From NCBI GenBank assembly GCA_028822585.1, contig JAPKDL010000008.1, forward strand, positions 1,256 to 65,255: 64,000 bases of DNA. Direction: 5' to 3'. This DNA comes from Alphaproteobacteria bacterium (lineage in GTDB: Bacteria > Pseudomonadota > Alphaproteobacteria > UBA8366 > GCA-2717185). A model generated the notes under the pieces. The model ran no database searches, had not been told where the DNA came from, and saw nothing but the letters and a program-made list of their open reading frames with translations. Below, one piece after another: positions 34,120 to 41,058 of the stretch (position 1 is its first letter; each line of letters opens with the position of its first letter). The translations under genes and the position numbers were made by a program.

Positions 34120-35298
34120 TCATGCTCTGCGTTGCGCCATGCCAAGCCATGCTGCGGTCAATAGCGAGACGATCAATAACGGCGCGGCGCCTGCGTTTAC
34201 CCAGGCCCATCCGAACCAGTGCATCAAGACGCCGGACGATAGCGATCCAAAGGCGACCACGGTGAAGATAATGAAGTTATAGGCTGCCTGCGTCTTGGCG
34301 CGTTCCGAGGGCGTATAGGTTTGCGTCAACAGATTAGTGCTGGCGGTGAAGGCGAAGTTCCAGCCCAATCCCAAGGCCGCCATGGCGAACCAGAAATTGC
34401 CCACACTATCGCCTGAAAGCGCGGCGGCGACGCCCATGGTCTGGATCACAATTCCGGCGCAAATGGTGGGAACAGCACCGATGCGATTGATCAGCGACCC
34501 GGTAAAAAACCCAGGTGCGTACATGAAAAATATATGCCATTCTATCACCAGTGCAGTGTCACTGAACGCATGGGTCGCGTGGCGCATCGCCAATGGTGTG
34601 GAGGTCATCAATAGGTTCATGACCGCTTGCGCGACGACACCGCACAACGTGGCGACAATGAACACGGGTTGGCGCATTATTTCGCCGATGGGACGTCCTG
34701 GCTGGCGGGCTTCTTCGGGAGAAAGCTTGGGAATGTTGACGCCCATGACGATAACGCCGGACAGAACTGTCAGCGCGATCATGAAGATGTAGGACGCAAA
34801 AAACGGCGTGTCGGCCACCATGTGATGCCCTAATATCGCCAGTTCCGGACCGACGAAGGCGGCGACTAATCCACCTGCGAGCACCAGCGAGATCGCCTTG
34901 CTTTTGAAGTGCTCCGGCGCGACGTCGGCGCCGGCAAACCGGTAAAGTTGCGCGAAGCCGGAGAAGAGTCCGAACAACAGCGCGCCGAGGCAAAAGGTCG
35001 TGAAGTTTCCATGATATAGCCCATGCAGACAGGTCAGGCCGCCGGCCACGCCAATGGCCGACCCGGTTGCAAACCCCAGGCTGCGCCCGACGCGTCGCAT
35101 CAGCAGGGACGCGGGGATTGTCGCGGCTGCCGTGCCTATCACCGCCAGCGAAATAGGCACGGTTGACAGCGCCTTGTTTTCCGCGATTTCGTAGGCGATC
35201 AGCGGGCTTGTCGCGACCAGCAGCGATCTGCCTGAATTGTACAACATCTGGCAGGTCGCCAAAACGGCAACGTTGCGCCAGTCTCTGTGGTTATCCAT
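34120..35298 (-). CDS. MFS transporter
   Basis: 12-TM hydrophobic profile with an MFS loop motif (MRRVGR). Confidence 0.8.
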   Translation of the reverse strand: MDNHRDWRNVAVLATCQMLYNSGRSLLVATSPLIAYEIAENKALSTVPISLAVIGTAAATIPASLLMRRVGRSLGFATGSAIGVAGGLTCLHGLYHGNFTTFCLGALLFGLFSGFAQLYRFAGADVAPEHFKSKAISLVLAGGLVAAFVGPELAILGHHMVADTPFFASYIFMIALTVLSGVIVMGVNIPKLSPEEARQPGRPIGEIMRQPVFIVATLCGVVAQAVMNLLMTSTPLAMRHATHAFSDTALVIEWHIFFMYAPGFFTGSLINRIGAVPTICAGIVIQTMGVAAALSGDSVGNFWFAMAALGLGWNFAFTASTNLLTQTYTPSERAKTQAAYNFIIFTVVAFGSLSSGVLMHWFGWAWVNAGAAPLLIVSLLTAAWLGMAQRRA

Positions 35299-35321
35299 GT
35301 GGGGGGGTGCTCGGTCGAAGG

Positions 35322-35966
35322 TTACGTGATGGCGTCGAATTTTTGGCCCCAGGAATCCTGATACACGAAATCCGCCAACTCACCGCGACCGACCGGGCCA
35401 AAATTCCCCATGGGGTAGCCAATCGGCAAAATGGCGTAAGAATGCACCCCTTTGGGCAGGCCAAGGGCTGCTTCGGCCTCTTTTTCATGGAGCAAGTACC
35501 GCGTCGTCAGCGTCGACCCCAAACCGAGCGCGCGCGCCGCCAGCAGCATGTTTTGCACGGCGGGATAAATCGAGGCACCCGAGGACCGGTTTGGCGCGCC
35601 GTCGCCATGATCGATGCAGGGCACAATCCAGACCGGCGCTTCGTGGTAATGGTCGGTCAGATATTCTACCGCCGTATGTTGCCGGTGATAACCGTCCTGG
35701 GTTGCGCCCGGCGGCGTCGTGGCGTTGGCGTAGCGCGGACCGACAATCTCGTCTAGTGCGCGCTTGTAGAAAACCTGAACTTTCTTTTTGATTTCAATGT
35801 CTTTGATCACCAGAAATTTCCAGGTCTGGGTGTTGCCACTATTCGGCGCGTGCAGCCCGGCGCGTAAAATTCGAACAATGAGTTCATCCGGCACGGGGTC
35901 CGGCTTCAACCGGCGCATGGCCCGCGTGGTGTCCAAAATGTCGAAAAAATCAGTGCTGTCCAGCAT
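35322..35966 (-). CDS. Nitroreductase-family FMN oxidoreductase
   Basis: RAMRRLKPDPVPDELI...APNSGNTQTWKFLV is typical of the nitroreductase fold. Confidence 0.85.
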   Translation of the reverse strand: MLDSTDFFDILDTTRAMRRLKPDPVPDELIVRILRAGLHAPNSGNTQTWKFLVIKDIEIKKKVQVFYKRALDEIVGPRYANATTPPGATQDGYHRQHTAVEYLTDHYHEAPVWIVPCIDHGDGAPNRSSGASIYPAVQNMLLAARALGLGSTLTTRYLLHEKEAEAALGLPKGVHSYAILPIGYPMGNFGPVGRGELADFVYQDSWGQKFDAIT

Positions 35967-36053
35967 GGGTCTCTCTCCAGAAATTGGGCGACGCGCGCAC
36001 CATTCATCATCGCGACCCCAATGTCACGCCAGTGACGTCGCGCCGGTTAAAAT

Positions 36054-37223
36054 TTACCCCTCCGCCAATTCCTTTAACTGCTGGTAAACCTTCGACTTCA
36101 GCTCGATTCCAATACCTGGCGTGTCGTGTGGGCGGGCGTACCCGTCCACTATATCCACGTCATCGGCGAACCCGCCCCAAGGCTGGAACACCAGCGGGTA
36201 GGTTTCTGACCCGCCCAATTGCATGCCCGCCGCCATGTTGAACCCCAGCTGATGCCCGCCATGGGGAATTTGTTGGCGCCGGCTCCACCCTTGCTCAGTC
36301 ATCATCGCGTCCACCTTGAGGTATTCGGTGAACCCATAGGCCAGCGCCGGGTCGATCTGAATCCAGTCCAGTTCCGGGCGCATGCCGCCATATACCACCA
36401 GATTTTTTGCGTCCTGGGCGGAAAATAAATTCTCCCCCGTGGCCATGGACCCGGAATAATGCTGCGTCAGTTCCGCCTGCAGCGCGTAGTCCAGCGGGTC
36501 GCCAGGCTCTTCAAACCAGAACAGCTTGTAGGACTCCACTGCCTTGCCGAATGCGATAGCCTCGTCCAGCGAGAACCGCCCGTTGGCATCCACCGCCAGA
36601 TTCGCGCCGTCGCCCACCACCTCTAGCACGGCTTCGATGCGCCGCAAGTCGGTATCCAGATCGGCCCCACCGACCTTCATCTTCAACACTCGGTAGCCCT
36701 GTTCCTGATACGTCCGCATTTCCGCCTGCAGCGGCTCCAACCCTTTGCCGGGGTAGTAGTAGCCGCCGCCGGGATAGACCAGCACCCGGTCGTCATAGGC
36801 GCCGCCGTTGAACCGATTGGCGATCACCTGCCACAGCGGTTTTTCCTCCACCTTAGCGACAATGTCCCACATCGCCATGTCGATAACGGCCGCCGCCACT
36901 GCCCGGTCTCCGTGCCCGCCGGGCTTTTCGTTGCGCATCATTGCGCCCATCACCTTGGCCGGGTCAAAATTCGCACCCGCGCCATCTAGCAAGTCTACCG
37001 GCACCGCCTCCAACACCCGCGGGATCAAGCGTTCCCTCAAAATCCCACCCTGAGCGTAGCGCCCGTTTGACCCGACGCCATACCCGATGACCGGTTTCCC
37101 GTCGCGCACCACATCGGTAATGATAGCGCACACGCTGGCGGTCATCTTGGAGAAATCGATAGACGCGTTGCGCATGGCGGAATGAAGCGGAACGCTGCGT
37201 TCCCGGATATCGACGATTTTCAT
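36054..37223 (-). CDS. Enolase-superfamily enzyme (mandelate racemase/muconate lactonizing enzyme family, acid-sugar-dehydratase-like)
   Basis: KxK motif (LKMKVGG) and metal ligands in AVDANGRF, FEEP and ATGE. The true start is most likely ATG 37223 (MKIVDIRE...); the track ORF has an 86-codon 5' extension with no family similarity. Confidence 0.85.
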   Translation of the reverse strand: MKIVDIRERSVPLHSAMRNASIDFSKMTASVCAIITDVVRDGKPVIGYGVGSNGRYAQGGILRERLIPRVLEAVPVDLLDGAGANFDPAKVMGAMMRNEKPGGHGDRAVAAAVIDMAMWDIVAKVEEKPLWQVIANRFNGGAYDDRVLVYPGGGYYYPGKGLEPLQAEMRTYQEQGYRVLKMKVGGADLDTDLRRIEAVLEVVGDGANLAVDANGRFSLDEAIAFGKAVESYKLFWFEEPGDPLDYALQAELTQHYSGSMATGENLFSAQDAKNLVVYGGMRPELDWIQIDPALAYGFTEYLKVDAMMTEQGWSRRQQIPHGGHQLGFNMAAGMQLGGSETYPLVFQPWGGFADDVDIVDGYARPHDTPGIGIELKSKVYQQLKELAEG

Positions 37224-37492
37224 GTACGGGGCCTTTTGTAAAAAATTGAAGGACGATTGCTCAACCAACCTTGGAGTCCCGGCTTCGCTTGAATGACGAA
37301 TATTTGTGCATGCCGATTCATCTTTCATCACCGCCAAACGCGCTCTGGCGTTTCCAAAAACATTCGCATGAGATAGCTTGGCTATACATTTCATAACACC
37401 GCCCCCGGTCACGTCATATACCGTGGAGCGGTCACGGGATTTCGCATAATAGGAATATATGACCTTTTCAGGATTTTTCAAGGAGACATCAC

Positions 37493-38407
37493 ATGAGCGA
37501 CTTCGAATTCATCACCTACGAGATTGACGCCGGACGGGCGCGGATCACATTCAACCGCCCGGAAAAGCGCAACGCCTTGTCGATCCCCCTACTGGAGGAA
37601 TTGAACACAGCGCTCTGGGAGGCGGATAATGACAAGGGCGTGCATTGCGTCATCCTGCGCGGCGCGGGTCCGTGTTTCAGCGCTGGGTATGATTTGACGC
37701 CGACGCCGAACGCGCGTGTGGAAGGTGGCGATTCAACTCGCACCTACCGCGACGGCGGCATCTACGCCGACCCAACCATCGACGACGACATCTGGCGGCT
37801 GGAGCGCGGCCAGCGCCTGCGCATGACCCTGTTCGACATGCACAAGCCCACCATTGCCCAGGTCCACGGCTATTGCATTGCTGGGGGCACCGACATCGCA
37901 CTGCTGTGCGACATGGTGATCGTCGCCGACGATGCCACGATCGGCTTTCCGCCCGCGCGCGATCTAGGGTCGCTGCCGAACCAGATGTGGCTGTATCACT
38001 GCGGCCCGCAATGGACCAAACGGTTGCTGCTGACTGGTGACACCATCACCGGCGCGGAAGCCCCGCTCATCGGCTTCGCCATGAAGTCCGTGCCCGCCGA
38101 CATGCTGGAGGCTGAAGTCGAAGGTCTCGCCGACCGTCTGGCGAAGATCGATCCGGACTTGCTGTCGTCGAACAAGCGCATCGTCAATCTGGGCATGGAG
38201 CTGATGGGCGCGCGAACCCTGCAACGCCTGGCGGCGGAAAACGATGGGCGCGCCCATCTGGCGCCCGGCACAGCGGCATTTCGCCAAAACGCCAAGGAAA
38301 AAGGCCTCAAAGCGGCCCTGCAAGCCCGCGACGCCGATTTCGGCGACGGCCGCGCAAGGGTGGTTGGGCCGGAAGTGCGTGACGCGGATGGGCGATTGGT
38401 AGAGTAA
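37493..38407 (+). CDS. Enoyl-CoA hydratase/isomerase (crotonase) family protein
   Basis: ITFNRPEKRNAL, GAGPCFSAGYDL, HGYCIAGG. AAGGAG lies upstream of the ATG. Confidence 0.85.
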   Translation: MSDFEFITYEIDAGRARITFNRPEKRNALSIPLLEELNTALWEADNDKGVHCVILRGAGPCFSAGYDLTPTPNARVEGGDSTRTYRDGGIYADPTIDDDIWRLERGQRLRMTLFDMHKPTIAQVHGYCIAGGTDIALLCDMVIVADDATIGFPPARDLGSLPNQMWLYHCGPQWTKRLLLTGDTITGAEAPLIGFAMKSVPADMLEAEVEGLADRLAKIDPDLLSSNKRIVNLGMELMGARTLQRLAAENDGRAHLAPGTAAFRQNAKEKGLKAALQARDADFGDGRARVVGPEVRDADGRLVE

Positions 38408-38640
38408 GCGGGGGATGGGCGTCGTTGGCGTCGCCACTTCAACTTTTCGCGTCACATCCCTGAAGGTGGAAGCTTAGGAAGTCGATGAGGCGTCAGGAAT
38501 TTGCTGGAATTAGATACTGTGCCGCCAGAATTGGCGGAACTCGCCCTCAGTCGTTCATCGGCACCGTCTCATTCCCCCCCTTGCTCGGGTCAAGCCTAGG
38601 CAAGACGGGGCGGCGGAGCCGGGCTCCGGTTCATCCCCCG

Positions 38641-39345
38641 CTAGGTCTCGCCGTTCAGACTCTGCCGCTGCTGGCCGTCCGCGTCGAAATTGTTGGGGCT
38701 GAGCCAGGCCTCGAAGTTAGCCTTCAACGCTGGCCATTCCGTATCGAGGATTGAGAACCAGTCGGTGTCACGGTTGCGGCCTTTATAGGTGGTGGCCTGG
38801 CGGAACCGGCCTTCATAGGTAAAGCCGAGCCGTGTGGCCGCGTTGCGTGAGGGTTCGTTGTATGAATCGCATTTCCATTCATAACGCCGATAACCCAATT
38901 CCTCGAAGACGCGCCGCATAAGCAAATACATGGTTTCGGTTGCGAGCTGCGTGCGTTGCAACGCGGGGCCGTAGTGAATATCACCAACTTCAATGCACCC
39001 AACGGCAGCGTCGATGCGCATCAGCGAGGCGACGCCCAGCGCTTTGTCTGTCGTGCGGTCAATAATCGTGTGGTATAGGCGTTCGTTGTTTGTCTCACTT
39101 TGGCGGCACCAGTCCTGGAAGGGCGTGAATTCGGTGAAGGGTTCATAGGATAAATAGGTCCACCCCACCCCCGTTTCGTCGACGGCGAAGGCGTCATATA
39201 AATCCTGCGCGTGCTTGTCGGCGTCCAGGGGCTCCAACCTGCACCAATGGCCGTCGAGGGGGCTTCTGGGGGGAAATGTCGCTGGCGTCCAGTCAGGAAC
39301 AGGCGCGCCGATGGGTTGTCCCAATGAATTAGTGTGAATGGTCAT
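38641..39345 (-). CDS. GNAT-family N-acetyltransferase (RimJ/RimL-like)
   Basis: Acetyltransf_3-like core (GVASLMRID, QRTQLATE, LGYRRYEWKCDSYNEPSRNAATRLGF). Start choice (39345 vs 39405) is uncertain. Confidence 0.75.
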   Translation of the reverse strand: MTIHTNSLGQPIGAPVPDWTPATFPPRSPLDGHWCRLEPLDADKHAQDLYDAFAVDETGVGWTYLSYEPFTEFTPFQDWCRQSETNNERLYHTIIDRTTDKALGVASLMRIDAAVGCIEVGDIHYGPALQRTQLATETMYLLMRRVFEELGYRRYEWKCDSYNEPSRNAATRLGFTYEGRFRQATTYKGRNRDTDWFSILDTEWPALKANFEAWLSPNNFDADGQQRQSLNGET

Positions 39346-39463
39346 TGTTTTGTGGCTCTTGAAGGTTGATGTTAACACACACTTTAACGATGGTTCTGAA
39401 GACATAGAAGGTCCAATGTGGTGGATTTTCCGGGTGCCAATTTGGATATCGGGGAAAAAGATT

Positions 39464-40267
39464 ATGAATGATAACGAATGGATAGATCCTTACGAAGGTT
39501 TTGTTTATCAAGAGGACACGATCACAATTGCGACCGTAGATCAGAACAAGGCCTTAATTGCCTGCGGCGTCGACCCGGCGCTGTACGATGGCAAGGCCGA
39601 CCCCTCGTTCTTTATATCCGAAGCGATTCGCGCGGGTGTCCGCAGCGGCATCACGTCGAACGGCAACGTCAACATGCTGCAATCCCTGGTGCAACACCGA
39701 CCGGTTGTTCTGGATGAGCCCTTGCGGGTTCAAGGCCAGATCACGGCGGTGCAGGCGGTGGCGCGGGGCCGGACCATCGACACGGATGTGTGGTTCGAAG
39801 GCGCCGATGGCGCACGGGCGATAACCGCCAAACGACGGACCTTGAAGCCCGGTCCCGACAAAGCCGGTACCGTTAATGCTGGCGGCGGCGCAGGGGAACG
39901 GCCGGCACCTATTGTTGAAGACCCGTTGGCATTGAACAATGTTGGCGACCACGCCCTGACGCCAGGCGGTGTGCTGGCGTATAGCTCCGAAGGCAATAGC
40001 ATCCATTTTGAGCCGGAGGCCGCGCGAAAGGCGGGGTTCCGCGCGCCGATCATCGGCGGCGGCATGGGGGTGCATTATTTGGTGGCGGCGCTCTGGGCGC
40101 ATGGAGAACCCGCAGGACCCGCCGAACTCGACCTCGATATTTATTTCCGGCGCCCCGTGTTCTGGGATGATGCCTTTAGCGTGCGGGTGGATGCGGACTG
40201 GCGCGTGATTTGTCTTGAAAAGGGCGGCAAGGTCTTGACCGAAGCCCGGTTGAATAGGGTCAGTTAA
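39464..40267 (+). CDS. Double-hotdog (MaoC-dehydratase-like) protein with a degenerate hydratase motif
   Basis: The C-terminal half has SSEGNSIHFEPEAARKAGFRAPIIGG, compared with the MaoC consensus SGDxNPIHxDPExA...GF..PIaHG. The N-terminal half has hotdog-like beta-strand periodicity. GGGGAAAAAG lies upstream of ATG 39464. Confidence 0.55.
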   Translation: MNDNEWIDPYEGFVYQEDTITIATVDQNKALIACGVDPALYDGKADPSFFISEAIRAGVRSGITSNGNVNMLQSLVQHRPVVLDEPLRVQGQITAVQAVARGRTIDTDVWFEGADGARAITAKRRTLKPGPDKAGTVNAGGGAGERPAPIVEDPLALNNVGDHALTPGGVLAYSSEGNSIHFEPEAARKAGFRAPIIGGGMGVHYLVAALWAHGEPAGPAELDLDIYFRRPVFWDDAFSVRVDADWRVICLEKGGKVLTEARLNRVS

Positions 40268-40270
40268 ACC

Positions 40271-41041
40271 GTGGTGAAAATTGATATAGGCAACCGTTTT
40301 TTGTTCAACCTGCTGGCCATTGCGGGGGTGGTGTTGGTGTTCTATGCCCTGGCATTTTCAGGGTTGGGCCCCGCATGGCGGGCGCAAGGCGGGCCGCTGC
40401 TGTATCTCGTCGCCGTGGCCGGGGCGGGGTTGTTGCTGGTGTCGGTCGTGTTCCTGATCGCCAAACGCACTGGCCTTGGGTCGCCCCGAATATGGTTCAT
40501 CGCCCATGTGATCGCGGCGACGGTGGGATTTGTGCTGGTGTCAATACACGCCGCCGGGTCGTTTTTCGAAGCCCCCGCGGTTTTGTTGGCGGTACTGGTG
40601 GGATTGATGGGGTTGGGCGTGTGGGCGCGGGTGCGGGCGGCGAATCTTATGGCCGGAACCTTCGCGACCAAGCGCGGTGGGTTCGCAGCCGCCGACCCGG
40701 AATTGATGGGTCGAATGCGTCGCTTGATTGAAGAAAAGAGAGCCGTGCTGGCGCGTCTGGACCCGAATGCGTCGGAAGCGTTGTTTTCGGTGACGTTGGG
40801 GCATTGGCTGCGGCACCCCGGTTTGGCGGTGGCGTATCATAAGCTGGCCCGTACCGAGGAAGGCCTCGTCGGAGCGCGGCAATCCGTTGGCGCCGCGCAG
40901 GCGTGGTGGCGGTCGCTGCATATGGCGCTGGCGGGACTATTTATCGCGGGCTTGATAACCCATATTGTCGTGGTGACGTTTTTCGCAGGTTATGTCGCGG
41001 AAGGCCGGGATATTTATTGGTGGCACTTGGCGGCTTGGTAA
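40271..41041 (+). CDS. Integral membrane protein, 5 predicted TM helices, candidate di-haem b-type cytochrome (H-x13-H in TM3 and TM5)
   Basis: His79/His93 (FIAHVIAATVGFVLVSIHAAG) and His217/His231 (LHMALAGLFIAGLITHIVV). A basic ~95-aa loop separates TM4 and TM5. The GTG start is 3 nt after the upstream stop. The CDS call is solid; the haem function is inference. Confidence 0.6.
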   Translation: MVKIDIGNRFLFNLLAIAGVVLVFYALAFSGLGPAWRAQGGPLLYLVAVAGAGLLLVSVVFLIAKRTGLGSPRIWFIAHVIAATVGFVLVSIHAAGSFFEAPAVLLAVLVGLMGLGVWARVRAANLMAGTFATKRGGFAAADPELMGRMRRLIEEKRAVLARLDPNASEALFSVTLGHWLRHPGLAVAYHKLARTEEGLVGARQSVGAAQAWWRSLHMALAGLFIAGLITHIVVVTFFAGYVAEGRDIYWWHLAAW

Positions 41042-41058
41042 GCAAAGGATGGTGAATT

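Noticed and set aside
37224-37481. 5' extension of the enolase-superfamily ORF, and analogous extensions at 46028-46195, 54643-54801, 55824-55904, 39338-39463, 39346-39405 and 20859-20903
   Set aside because: The extensions have no family similarity and overlap neighbouring genes or promoter regions. Most of the internal ATGs are preceded by recognisable SD sequences and begin exactly where family homology starts; at 39345 and 55823 the SD is weak and the choice rests on family homology alone.
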